Shown here one piece after another: positions 8,745 through 19,129 of a stretch of DNA of 29,936 nucleotides (position 1 is its first letter; every line of letters begins with the position of its first letter). The position numbers were made by a program, and so were the translations under genes. The notes under the pieces were generated by a model that saw only the letters and a list, made by a program, of their open reading frames with translations, did not search any database and had not been told where the DNA came from. Source of the stretch: Promethearchaeota archaeon. GTDB taxonomy: Archaea; Asgardarchaeota; Lokiarchaeia; Sigyniarchaeales; SOKP01. The stretch lies in assembly GCA_019058015.1 (NCBI GenBank), contig JAHLWH010000221.1:1-29936 (forward strand), given 5' to 3'.

Positions 8745-9011
8745 TTAATTTTTTATTATATTTTTCTCTTATTTTAATTTTGCAGTGGAAATTGACCATC
8801 ACCTAAAAATACTTCTAAAAATTAATGAGTATTTATTACCGACAAAAATATATGAAAATTTGTCTCTTTCTTACCTCATTTTATTGTAATTATATTATTA
8901 CAAAAAAATTAAAATCATTTTATCTATATTTCACTCTTTAATTTTTATTTTAAATAAAAAAATTAATTAACCTAAAAAGAAGAAGATAAATTATTATTAC
9001 AATAATTTTAT

Positions 9012-12000
9012 TTACTCTTTTTTGTTTTTTCTTTCTTGAAGTCTTTTTCTTAAGTCCTCTCGCCGTTTTCTTCTTTCTTCTAATCTCTGTTTAATGTCTT
9101 GTTCTTTCATTTTTTTCGCTTCTATTTTTTTTGTTTTTTCTGTCTTTATTCTATCAATCTTTGTTTTTCTTTCTTTCTGTGCTGTTTGTAATTGACCTAT
9201 ATATTGCTCTACTCTATTTGTTTCCATTTCCCAATCCTTTCCTAATTCTTTAAATATATGATGAGCCTTTTCAGCAAATTGGATCGCTCTTGAAAAATTA
9301 TTTCTTCTCTCTGCCATTTTACATTTATTCATATAACCAAATGCTGTTTCAGAATCTACTTTTTCTTCAATAAAATCTGCAGTTTCTTCAATTTCTCGTT
9401 TTATTCTTTTTTCCTTCACATTGATTTTATTTATATCAATTTGTTCATTAATAATTTTTAAAGCATTAGTCCATTGGATTTCTTCAAAAATTTCTTTTAC
9501 TTCTACTAATACTGAAACAACACGCATATATTTTGCTCGTTGGCTTGCTCTTTCGGCTTCATCTAATAAATTATAAGCCCTATCTATTTCTTTAAAATAT
9601 CCTTTTTTTTCTATTTTTTCTTCTTGAATTATCGGAATTAAGCTTTGATTTGTGATTCCATTAATTTTAATTTTAATTTTTTGGGCTTCTTTTTTCCAAC
9701 CTGAATTAATAAATTTAGAATAAACTTTTCTAAGTATTCTTACGGCAGAGTTGAACTTTTTACTATCAATTAATTCATTTGCTTCATCCAAAGCTTGATA
9801 AGATTCCGCTTCTTTACTTTTAAGTTTTATTTTTTCCTTCTCTTTTTCTAAATATTTGCTTCGTAACTTTGCTGCAGAACTTTTCTTTAATTCAGATTGT
9901 ACTCTTTCAGATTCAGATATTAATTCTTTCATTTTTTTCTTTTCTCTGCTTATCTGTTTAAGTCGTTCTTTTCTCTCTTCAACTTCTCTCATTTTCTTTT
10001 TTAGGTAAAATAAATGGTCTTGATCAATCTTTGTAACTTCTTGTTTCCACCCCAATTCCATAAAAATTTGACGTGCTTCCATATATTGTTCATATCCCTT
10101 ATCAAATTTTTCTTTTAAAATTAAATTGGAAGCTTTAACGATTAAACTAAAAGCCTTTTCAGCCTTTCTTTTTTCATCCTTCTTTTTAACAGCAAGTTCT
10201 AATAATCTCTCTTTACGTTTTTCTCTTTCTTTTTCAAGTATCCCTCTATATTTTTCTTCCATTTCTCTTTCTTCAACAAGTTTGATTGCTTCAATTTCTT
10301 TAGCTTTCTCCAATCTTTGAAAATAAGTATCTCTTTCCTTTTTAAGTGTAAGAATAGTATTTGTTGTTAAAATTATTCCTTCTTTATAATTAATCTCTTC
10401 GAAAATCTTTTTACTCTTATCATATAATTCAATAGATTCATCAAACTTCTTTTTCCTTAATTTAGGTTTTGCTTGATCCATTAATTGAAATGCTTTTTCC
10501 TGCAATTGTTTGATTAATTTTTCCCTTTCTTCAGTTTCATAGAGCTTTTTACTCTTTAAATCCAATTCCCTTTCTTTTAGAGCACTTTGCTCCTCTGTTA
10601 ATTTCTGAAATTCTAATTTTTCTTTTTCCTTTTTTAATTCTTTAATTTTTTCTAACTCGCGAAATTTAATATCTTTCTCTAATTTATTTTTATAATGAGT
10701 AATTGTCGCTATTAGGGATTCTGCTTGCTCATTCCAACCGACAGATTGTAATTTATTTTTAGCCTTTCTATAAATTTTAATTACTTCTTCATAGGGACAA
10801 GGTTTTGAAAAATCTTTATATTTCAAAATCTTTTCATATTCTCTTGCCATATTTTCTGCAACATTAATCTTTTCATCTATCTCTTTTTGGACTTGAAATT
10901 CTTCCTTTTTCTTTTTCTCATATTTCATCATTCTTAAGTCTGCTGCAACCGAATCTTTTAAAGATTCTTGAGGGGGAAAATATTTGATTTCAACCTTATC
11001 AAGTTTTTGCCGTTCAAATTCTCTAAATTTTTTATCATGTACTAATTTTTGTTCATAATGTTTAATGGTTTCTCTATAAAGTTTAATTTGATCTGTCCAT
11101 CCAGTTTCCTTGAGAATCTCAATTATGTCTTCATAAATCTCAATTATGTTTTCATAGGGACAAACCTTTGAAAAATCTTTTTTTCTAAGTTCTAATTCAT
11201 ATTCTCTTGCTAATGATTCTGCATAATTGACTTTTTTTTGTATTTCCTCTTCAATACGTTCTTGTTTTTTCTTTTTTGTCTCTAATTCCATTTGTTTATC
11301 TAACATTTCTTGAGTTTTAGCTCCATCTTCATCAATTGTTATTGAGATCAGTTCTTTCTCTTGTTTTTGACGTTCTAACTCTCTTAATCTGATGTCACGA
11401 ACGGATTTTTCCTCATAATGTTTAATCGTTTCTGAATATGGTTTAATTTGATCAATCCATCCTGCATTTTTAAGAATTTCGATTAGTTCTTCATAAATTA
11501 AAATTATTTCATCAAATGGAGATTCTAAAGAGAAATCTTTTTTTTTCAATGCCAACTCATATTCTCTCTCTATCGATTCTGCATAATTCACTCTATCTTG
11601 GATTTCATTTTCAATATGTTGTAGTTTAAGCTTCTTTTGTTCCAATTCAATTCTTTTATCTGTAATCTCTTGGTTTTTTGCGTCATCCGCCAAAGGAGTA
11701 AAAATGTCCTCGTCTATTTCCTGTTTTTGGCTTTCTAACTCTCTTAATTTTAAATCATGGGTCAATTCTTGCTCATAATGCTTAATCGTTCCCCTGTAAG
11801 GTTTAATTTGATCCATCCATTCTACTTCTTTAAGAATTTTTATAATATCTTCATAAATCAAAATTATTTCATTATATGGAGCTTTTTGAGAAAAATCTTT
11901 CTTTCTTAAGGCTAAATCATACTCTCTCTCTAACTGATCTGCGTAATTTACTCTATCTTGAATCTCTTTTTCAGTTCTTTTCTGTTCTTTCTTTTTTTGC

Positions 12001-13703
12001 TCTAATTTCTTTCTTTTATCAGTTAAAACTTGATTCTCAATTTGATCTTCAACAGGTATTGTAGATATCAATTCTATTTCCTGTTTTTGGCGTTCGATTT
12101 CTCTTAATTTTTCGTCACGAGCTAGTTTTTCCTCGTAATATTTAATAGTTTCTTTATATGGATTAATTTGATCAGTCCAACCGGTTTCCTTAAAGATTTC
12201 TATTATTTCTTCATAAGTTGAAATAATCTCCCTATATGGATTTTGTTGATCAAACTTTCCTTTCTTTAAAGCTTTCTCATAATCTCTTTCTAATTTCCCT
12301 ACATAATTTACTTTATCTTGAATCTCTTTTTCAATTCTTTTCTGTTCTTTCTTTTTTTGCTCTAATTTTTTTAATTTTTCTTCCTTTTGAATTGACTCTT
12401 TTTGGAGAGATTCTTGTTTGATTAATTTAAGTTCTTTTAATTTATTTTGTTGAATTTGTAATTGTGCTTGCCTTTCCTTCTCTTTTAGAAGCAATTTTAA
12501 ATATTTATTCTTCTTCATTTTTAATTTTTTAATTAATTCTTGAATCTTAGGGACTTCTGAATGCCAACCTATTTCTTTAAAAATTTCAGTCGCAAGTAAA
12601 TAATTCTCCAGAGCTTCATCAAACTGATTTTCTTCTTCGAGTTCTGAGGCTTCTCCCAACAGATCATATGCTTCTATACTTAGGTTTTTTTCTTTTTGCT
12701 TTTTTTGTTGATACGCTTTTATTTTAGTATCTTTTACATCTTCAACATACTTTTTTAATTCTTGTTGTTTTAATAAAAATTCTTGGCTTTTTTCAAATAT
12801 TTCTTTACTTACGTCTTGTTTTTTCAATTGTTCTTGCTGTAATTTCATAAATTTCTTCTGTTTTTCCTCTAAATCCTTAATAAATTGTTGAATCTTAGGA
12901 ATTTCACTTTGCCAATTGATCTCATTAAATAATTTTATTACTTGATTATATTTTTTAAGTGCTTTCTCAAATTCATTGGATTGGATTAGCTCTGAAGCTT
13001 CTCCCAACAGATCATATGCTTCCATACTTAAGTCTTTTTCTTTTTGCTTTTTTTGTTGATATATATTTAATTTTGTTTTTTTTACATCTTCAGATTTCTG
13101 TAGAAATTCTCCGTGTTGAGAAATAATTTCTTGTTCTTTTTCTGTTATTTTTTTCTTTTTTTTAATAATTTTTAGTCTTTTTTCCTGTATTTTTAGAAAT
13201 ACATTTTTCTTTTCATTCAATTCCTTAATTAGCTGCTCAACCTTAGGAACTTCTGAAGTCCAACCTATCTCCTGAAAAATATTTTTTGCTTGCATGTATT
13301 TCTCAATGGCTTTATCAAATTGATTGGATTGGCCAAAATCTGACCCGTTTCCCAAATAATCATATGCTAATTTACTTTTTTCTTCTATTTCTTCATTTTT
13401 TTTTGTAAAAGATGCAAATTTTTCTTTTTTCAACTGAGCTTTATCTATTTCTTCACTCTCTTGTTTGTTTTTCGGAAAAACTTGATTATATTTATTATAT
13501 GCCTCTTCAATTAATTTTTCAGTTTTTTGAACTTCATTTTCATAACCAGGTATCTGTTTCAATATATCTATGCCTTTATTATAACAGTCAATCCCATCAT
13601 TGAATTTATCCAATTTAATAAGTTCCTTCCCCATATTGATTATTTTAAATACTTGTTTTACAAGATCATCATCAACATTATCTGAATTAGCGAGATTTTT
13701 CAA
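9012..13703 (-). CDS. Giant K/E-rich protein with about 14 TPR/MIT-like three-helix repeats separated by coiled-coil segments
   Basis: Recurrent 'A(Y/F)xLLxxA...(F/Y)xxAIxxYxxxxxIFxExGWxxxxxxIxxxI' units; 1563 aa; TTG start. Confidence 0.85.
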   Translation of the reverse strand: MKNLANSDNVDDDLVKQVFKIINMGKELIKLDKFNDGIDCYNKGIDILKQIPGYENEVQKTEKLIEEAYNKYNQVFPKNKQESEEIDKAQLKKEKFASFTKKNEEIEEKSKLAYDYLGNGSDFGQSNQFDKAIEKYMQAKNIFQEIGWTSEVPKVEQLIKELNEKKNVFLKIQEKRLKIIKKKKKITEKEQEIISQHGEFLQKSEDVKKTKLNIYQQKKQKEKDLSMEAYDLLGEASELIQSNEFEKALKKYNQVIKLFNEINWQSEIPKIQQFIKDLEEKQKKFMKLQQEQLKKQDVSKEIFEKSQEFLLKQQELKKYVEDVKDTKIKAYQQKKQKEKNLSIEAYDLLGEASELEEENQFDEALENYLLATEIFKEIGWHSEVPKIQELIKKLKMKKNKYLKLLLKEKERQAQLQIQQNKLKELKLIKQESLQKESIQKEEKLKKLEQKKKEQKRIEKEIQDKVNYVGKLERDYEKALKKGKFDQQNPYREIISTYEEIIEIFKETGWTDQINPYKETIKYYEEKLARDEKLREIERQKQEIELISTIPVEDQIENQVLTDKRKKLEQKKKEQKRTEKEIQDRVNYADQLEREYDLALRKKDFSQKAPYNEIILIYEDIIKILKEVEWMDQIKPYRGTIKHYEQELTHDLKLRELESQKQEIDEDIFTPLADDAKNQEITDKRIELEQKKLKLQHIENEIQDRVNYAESIEREYELALKKKDFSLESPFDEIILIYEELIEILKNAGWIDQIKPYSETIKHYEEKSVRDIRLRELERQKQEKELISITIDEDGAKTQEMLDKQMELETKKKKQERIEEEIQKKVNYAESLAREYELELRKKDFSKVCPYENIIEIYEDIIEILKETGWTDQIKLYRETIKHYEQKLVHDKKFREFERQKLDKVEIKYFPPQESLKDSVAADLRMMKYEKKKKEEFQVQKEIDEKINVAENMAREYEKILKYKDFSKPCPYEEVIKIYRKAKNKLQSVGWNEQAESLIATITHYKNKLEKDIKFRELEKIKELKKEKEKLEFQKLTEEQSALKERELDLKSKKLYETEEREKLIKQLQEKAFQLMDQAKPKLRKKKFDESIELYDKSKKIFEEINYKEGIILTTNTILTLKKERDTYFQRLEKAKEIEAIKLVEEREMEEKYRGILEKEREKRKERLLELAVKKKDEKRKAEKAFSLIVKASNLILKEKFDKGYEQYMEARQIFMELGWKQEVTKIDQDHLFYLKKKMREVEERKERLKQISREKKKMKELISESERVQSELKKSSAAKLRSKYLEKEKEKIKLKSKEAESYQALDEANELIDSKKFNSAVRILRKVYSKFINSGWKKEAQKIKIKINGITNQSLIPIIQEEKIEKKGYFKEIDRAYNLLDEAERASQRAKYMRVVSVLVEVKEIFEEIQWTNALKIINEQIDINKINVKEKRIKREIEETADFIEEKVDSETAFGYMNKCKMAERRNNFSRAIQFAEKAHHIFKELGKDWEMETNRVEQYIGQLQTAQKERKTKIDRIKTEKTKKIEAKKMKEQDIKQRLEERRKRREDLRKRLQERKNKKE
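10650..12370 (-). repeat. Intragenic tandem repeats with about 360-nt (120-codon) period, 5 units
   Basis: 11944-12008 and 12304-12368 are nearly identical. Homologous blocks recur at 11101, 11461, 11821 and 12181, with a more diverged fifth unit near 10740. Boundaries are approximate. Confidence 0.85.
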
Positions 13704-13925
13704 TAATTTTCACTACTTTTTTATAGTTTTAAGATCTAATACTACAAATAACAATAAAACACTTGTATTATAAATTTCATTTATTTTTAATTGCATAAAT
13801 GAATATTTGATATTAAGAAGACCATAATTTTAATTTTTTATGTCAAAATTCCATCAGAAATTTATAAAATTTGAAAAAAAGGAAATAATTAATCTCTTAA
13901 GTTTAAGATTTGTATGATTTTTCAA

Positions 13926-14309
13926 TTATACTAATTTTGAATTCAAGAATTGATCGCACATTCGACCTCCTTCAGAGGTTAAACTCCATCCATCCTCCTC
14001 TTTTTTTACATAACCAAGTGATTTAATATTATTTAGAACTTCGAGTACCTCCTCTCTTTTTTTTTGAATATTAAAATCCACGCGCAGTGAGAATATTATT
14101 TCATCAATTGGCACTGGTGAATTAAGTTCATCTTCCATGACTCCGAGTGCTGCTAGAATTTCATTTTGTTGTCCAATATCACTATCCATACGTCTTTGTT
14201 GCTCGTCTAATAACCAAGGATAATCAACTAACATTTGTTTGATTTTTTCTTCATCTCCTCTTTTAAAATAAATTTCGAAATCATCCCGTATTTTTTTCTT
14301 TTTTGCCAT
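13926..14309 (-). CDS. Hypothetical protein with C-terminal winged-helix-like domain
   Basis: 'PVPIDEIIFSL...REEVLEVLNNIKSLGYVKKEEDGWSLTSEG'. Start at MAKKK (14309) or at 14321. Confidence 0.7.
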   Translation of the reverse strand: MAKKKKIRDDFEIYFKRGDEEKIKQMLVDYPWLLDEQQRRMDSDIGQQNEILAALGVMEDELNSPVPIDEIIFSLRVDFNIQKKREEVLEVLNNIKSLGYVKKEEDGWSLTSEGGRMCDQFLNSKLV

Positions 14310-14423
14310 TCTTGAATACACTTAAACTATATATCTATTGCAATTTAATATAATATAATCTAAAATAATAAATAAATAAAATACATCTATTTAAATCGTA
14401 TTATTAATAATTAAAAAAATTTA

Positions 14424-17400
14424 ATGATAAATATGTCTCAAAAAAAGAAGAAATCTTGTAAGAAACATAACAAATTTAATTATTACTGCAAAGATTGTAG
14501 GGCAGCAAATGAGGAGCAAAAAGAAAAAGAAAAACTACTCTATCCAGATGCAATCGAAAAAGGGAAAATTAAGGAGGAAAAATTTAAAGTCAGCGAAAAA
14601 ATTTCACCTCCATATGAACGTGGTCCTTTCAAAAAAGATATTAAAGAACCGTCAAGAGAACCTCGATATAAATACACTCCAATAAGAAGGATAAAAGAAT
14701 TTAAAAAATATCTTTTACTCTTGATTCCATTAATCTTAATTATCTTCTTTTTATCAATATTTTGGTTTATCCCCAGTTGGACAGCAGGAATAAACTTACA
14801 AATTCAACTGTATTCTAATAAAGCGGGAGGGTTAAATTTTGTCGAAATTTACGCACTAAATTTTTGGAGCGCAAATTTTATATTAAATAAAACCGCTTTA
14901 ATTGGGGCTTTTATAGGCACTATTATTATGAGCTTTCCCCCAGAAAGAAATCTTTTTACTCTCCTCGGGACTTATTTTGGATGGGGTCGAACATCTAGGT
15001 TTAAAGCGATGATTTACTGGTGGACGATAGGTTTTGGAGTTTTTTATTTAATTGGTCAATTGATTGATACAACATCATATTTTAGCTGGGCAATTTATCT
15101 TTTAGATAATGAAATTTTTGATTTATCTCCAAATTTAATGATTAATGCATTTAATGTGCTTTTTGATCAAAATAGCACGGATTTAACAAGTATCTTTTTC
15201 TATTCGGCACTTTATTTACCCCTTATAAATTTCATTTTAGGGGTTATTATTTTCCGAATTATCTTAAATTTATTAAAAAATACATACCTTAGAAGGAACG
15301 ATTTTTATGCTCTTGCAGATCTCTTTTTAATTATTGGTATTATTTTCGGATTTGCTTTTTTTAATTTACCATTACTTGCGTTAGACGGTTTGAATCTTCT
15401 GCAATCGGCGTCCTTGATTCTTGGTTTTATTGTACTTATTATATTTGGGATTGTTATTGATGGATATGGGTTTTTATCTGGTCAGAAACAAGGAAGAGGT
15501 TTTGTAATGCTAAGTTCCCACCAGAAAAAAATGGGTATATTAGCTATTGGGTTAATAGTTATTATTATAATTCCACTCATCATTAGCATACCAGTGGCAA
15601 TTAATATTGAATCAAATACTTACACCTGGACTGTAGAAAGATGGAATAAAAAAACAGCCCGTGAAGTCGAGTGGACTCGAATTTGTGCTGGATTGGACAT
15701 GTTTGAAGAACGTACTATAGAGAATTATACGGAATCTACTATTACTCCCGATTCGCAAATTATACCTCTCATCCGTCAATATGATCAAAGTGTAGCTGTT
15801 CAGAAAATGTCTGCACAGATTGCTTCAAAATATGAATCTATAGCAGATAGTGATATTATCTATATTGGAGGGAATGAATATTGGGTTTCACCAAAAACTC
15901 TACGAATGTCTGGCATAACTCCCGGTGGAGTAGAGTTGCACACAGCCCTTTTTGATCATGTGGAAGGATTTCTTGCCATGGATACGTTCACTGGTGATTT
16001 ATTAACAACTGAAAGTGAATATCAAAATATCTTTAATGTATCTTCGAATTATCCAATATTTTTTGGTGAACGCGAGAGTACTGTCTTTGCTGCACAATAT
16101 TATGGAATACAAGAGGAAGAAACCTTTTTTGATTTTACTGGAGGAGGTCTTGGGGCATATGAGACAGATATTCTTTTAAATACAACGTGGTCAGCAGGAA
16201 TTGAAAACTTAGAACATGCATATGAAGGAACACCAGACGGAGAATTAGAGGGACTTGAGCAATTTTATTTTACTTCTAACTTAGGATTATTTCCATACGC
16301 TTTAAATTTAACAGAAAGCAGTTATTTAATTAATAGAAATATAAAAACTAGAGTCTCTGAAGCACTTTTACCTGGGCTTTGGATAGATCCTGATCCATAT
16401 CTTATTTTTGATACGAATGCTGGTAAAGTATATTATGGGGTTTCTATCTGCACCAATATTGCAATAGGGTCTTATTCCAAGAGTCCTATATATAGATTTT
16501 TAGGAATTTGTTTAATAGATCTTTTAGATGGCAGAATGACATTTTATAAGAATCCTGCTTTAAAAGAAAATATTAACGATGATTTGACTTATCCATTTTG
16601 GAAAATCTATCTAGAAAAATATCCATGGAAGAATGTACCAAGTTGGTTAAAATATCAATTAAGATACCCTGAAACCCTTTTTGAAATACAGTTAGATTAC
16701 GAATATATATATCATGTTCAAGATCCTACGACATTCCGAAGAGGTGATGATTTTCATGAGCGACCAGAAGGTGGAGATCTTTTCTATATAGAAACTGATT
16801 TAGGTGATGGTATTGAGTATGTTGGAATTGATTTAGCTGAGTATATTGGTAGAGAGGCAAGAATTCTTGCAGGATTATACATAATAAGACATGGAGAAAA
16901 TTTCGGACAGGCAATATTATATCATACAAGAGATCTAACTAGCGTTAATTTGATTGGACCAGTAACAGCTAGAGAATATTATAGCACTGCAGCAACCAAA
17001 GAAATTGAGTTAATAACAGCTCCACGGCATGGAAATACATTAATCTATCCATTGGCTGGTTCACTTTATTATTTTGTTCCTACCTATGCTAAAGTAGGTG
17101 GTATTCAAGACTTAAAATTAACGGGGTTAATCGATGGATTTTCAGGTGTATATCCTGGTTATGGTGTGTCTGCAATTGAGGCATATAACGCTTTGAATAT
17201 AACAGCCGAAGAAGAACCAAGCGAAGGAAATGTCACATTAAGTTATACTTATGATTCCACTGTAGAATATCCGAATCCAGCCAATTCGAGAATTGAAATA
17301 GAAGTTGATTTTAATCTCTCACATCCGGTAAGGAATTTGGTACTTAATGTATCGATCTATTCTGATCTTGTTAATGTTTCCATTCCTTCTCATGGTAGTT

Positions 17401-17627
17401 TAATTAATAGTACATTCACGTGGGGTGTAGGCAATATTGGTTATAATTATACGTTAATGGATGAATGGCTTTATCCAGGTGAAGGAAAGATTTTTACTGC
17501 ACAATTCTATGCGAGTTCAGTGAGTGCCTCTGGACTTTTAGTTATGTTTGAATATACATTAATTGTGGATGATGTAGTTATTTACACAAGTGAAAAAAAT
17601 TCGATATTATTTACTAAAAACATTTAA
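14424..17627 (+). CDS. UPF0182-family integral membrane protein with N- and C-terminal extensions
   Basis: Multi-TM N-terminal half. 'RNIKTRV...WIDPDPYLI' and 'QLRYPETLFEIQ...YHVQDP..F' motifs resemble UPF0182. Confidence 0.8.
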   Translation: MINMSQKKKKSCKKHNKFNYYCKDCRAANEEQKEKEKLLYPDAIEKGKIKEEKFKVSEKISPPYERGPFKKDIKEPSREPRYKYTPIRRIKEFKKYLLLLIPLILIIFFLSIFWFIPSWTAGINLQIQLYSNKAGGLNFVEIYALNFWSANFILNKTALIGAFIGTIIMSFPPERNLFTLLGTYFGWGRTSRFKAMIYWWTIGFGVFYLIGQLIDTTSYFSWAIYLLDNEIFDLSPNLMINAFNVLFDQNSTDLTSIFFYSALYLPLINFILGVIIFRIILNLLKNTYLRRNDFYALADLFLIIGIIFGFAFFNLPLLALDGLNLLQSASLILGFIVLIIFGIVIDGYGFLSGQKQGRGFVMLSSHQKKMGILAIGLIVIIIIPLIISIPVAINIESNTYTWTVERWNKKTAREVEWTRICAGLDMFEERTIENYTESTITPDSQIIPLIRQYDQSVAVQKMSAQIASKYESIADSDIIYIGGNEYWVSPKTLRMSGITPGGVELHTALFDHVEGFLAMDTFTGDLLTTESEYQNIFNVSSNYPIFFGERESTVFAAQYYGIQEEETFFDFTGGGLGAYETDILLNTTWSAGIENLEHAYEGTPDGELEGLEQFYFTSNLGLFPYALNLTESSYLINRNIKTRVSEALLPGLWIDPDPYLIFDTNAGKVYYGVSICTNIAIGSYSKSPIYRFLGICLIDLLDGRMTFYKNPALKENINDDLTYPFWKIYLEKYPWKNVPSWLKYQLRYPETLFEIQLDYEYIYHVQDPTTFRRGDDFHERPEGGDLFYIETDLGDGIEYVGIDLAEYIGREARILAGLYIIRHGENFGQAILYHTRDLTSVNLIGPVTAREYYSTAATKEIELITAPRHGNTLIYPLAGSLYYFVPTYAKVGGIQDLKLTGLIDGFSGVYPGYGVSAIEAYNALNITAEEEPSEGNVTLSYTYDSTVEYPNPANSRIEIEVDFNLSHPVRNLVLNVSIYSDLVNVSIPSHGSLINSTFTWGVGNIGYNYTLMDEWLYPGEGKIFTAQFYASSVSASGLLVMFEYTLIVDDVVIYTSEKNSILFTKNI

Positions 17628-17696
17628 ATCTCCGATAAAACAAAAAATCAACTTTTTTTTATTTTTCACTTAATTTTTTTAAAAAAGAGCCTATTA

Positions 17697-18413
17697 TTAT
17701 AATTCTACAATTAAACTTTCAACTTCAGATTTAGAAAGCAATTTATATCTTTTTTCTTCACCAGAGATATGAGAAATTTTAATATTTTCTGCTGTTATGT
17801 CATCTTCAACACTTTCCTTTATAGTTCTTATTGCTAACAATTGAATTTCTTTCAATGAAAAGGTTGGGTTATATTCCTTCTCAATAAATTCCCTTGCAGT
17901 GCTCTCTCCCGAACCTAACGCATAAGCTTTAAAACTACGATATATTCCGCTTGGAGATGTGGTATAAATCTGAGGTCCATCTGAATCATAACCAATAAAA
18001 AATAAGCTACAACCGAAGGGTCTTATTCCGCCGTACTGTGTATAGATTTGTTTTAAATTCGCAATAGATTTTACTAACATATTTAGTCTTACTGGCTCAT
18101 CATATGTCAGTCTATAAGATTGAGCCTGTACCCTTGCATAGTTTACCAATATCCTAGAATCTGCATGCAAACCTGAAATTGCACACCCTATATGTTTATC
18201 AATCTTAAATAACTTATCGATTGAATCAATTTCCATTAAAGAGGATGCAATTTTTATTTGTGCAGCTAAACACACATCTTTTTCTGTTTTTATACCTACA
18301 ATTAAGGTTCCTCTTCTAACCGCCTCTAACGCATACTCTACTTGATATAATCTTCCCTCTGGGGAAAAAATAGTTAGGGCTCGATCATACTGAATTTTTC
18401 CTCCTCCAAACAT
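17697..18413 (-). CDS. psmA: Proteasome alpha subunit
   Basis: YDRALTIFSPEGRLYQVEYA signature, SGLHADSR and YTQYGGIRPFG. Confidence 0.97.
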   Translation of the reverse strand: MFGGGKIQYDRALTIFSPEGRLYQVEYALEAVRRGTLIVGIKTEKDVCLAAQIKIASSLMEIDSIDKLFKIDKHIGCAISGLHADSRILVNYARVQAQSYRLTYDEPVRLNMLVKSIANLKQIYTQYGGIRPFGCSLFFIGYDSDGPQIYTTSPSGIYRSFKAYALGSGESTAREFIEKEYNPTFSLKEIQLLAIRTIKESVEDDITAENIKISHISGEEKRYKLLSKSEVESLIVEL

Positions 18414-18583
18414 CTCAGTTTTCTACCAATTTTTTGATATTTATACTTTTTATGAAATATTAATAAAAATAACCACTTCTAGGTATAATAGTAAAGAATA
18501 ATCTTATATAAAATTAGATTTATCAAAATATAATTATTATAAAAACAAATAGTTATAAAAATATAATCAAGGAGAAATCTCAA

Positions 18584-19129
18584 TTACATATTAAAATTTA
18601 CTTTTTTTAGAATTGTTAATACAAGCGTATTAAAGGCCTCTCTAATATTAACTCCCTCTTTTGCAGAAGTTTCAAAATAGCCTCCTGAATCATATTCTTC
18701 ACTAAGAGCCCGACCTTCTTCTGATCCTACCTCCCTATATTCTTGTGCTAAATCAATCTTATTTCCTAACATCACTGATGGTTTCTGTCCAATTACTTTT
18801 TCTGCCTCTTCTTTCCAATTCGGTAGGTTTGTGAACGAACTCCGGCGTGTAACATCAAAAACATACATTAATGCTGCAGCTCCACGATAAAAGGGAGGGC
18901 GAACAAATGAAAAATGACGTTGTCCAGCCAAATCCCAGAGTTGTAATCGTACTTCTAAATCAGGATATTCTGGAATCTCAACTTTCTTAATCGCGAAATT
19001 GCTTCCAATCGTCATCACATATTGTTCTGTAAATTTTTTCTCTGTATATTGCAGAACTAAGGAAGTTTTTCCTACTCCTCCATCACCAATAACTACCACT
19101 TTATATATTAGTGCTTTTTTTATTGACAT
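18584..19129 (-). CDS. Rab-like small GTPase (Ras superfamily)
   Basis: G1 GDGGVGKTS, G2 TIGSNF, G3 WDLAGQ, FYRGA, G4 NKID and G5 ETSAK. No C-terminal prenylation cysteines. Confidence 0.95.
   Translation of the reverse strand: MSIKKALIYKVVVIGDGGVGKTSLVLQYTEKKFTEQYVMTIGSNFAIKKVEIPEYPDLEVRLQLWDLAGQRHFSFVRPPFYRGAAALMYVFDVTRRSSFTNLPNWKEEAEKVIGQKPSVMLGNKIDLAQEYREVGSEEGRALSEEYDSGGYFETSAKEGVNIREAFNTLVLTILKKVNFNM

Noticed and set aside
10126-13603. Short F/L/S-rich plus-strand ORFs, including two similar ones at 11876 and 12236
   Set aside because: Antisense shadows of the K/E-rich repeat gene; their similarity reflects the 360-nt duplication.
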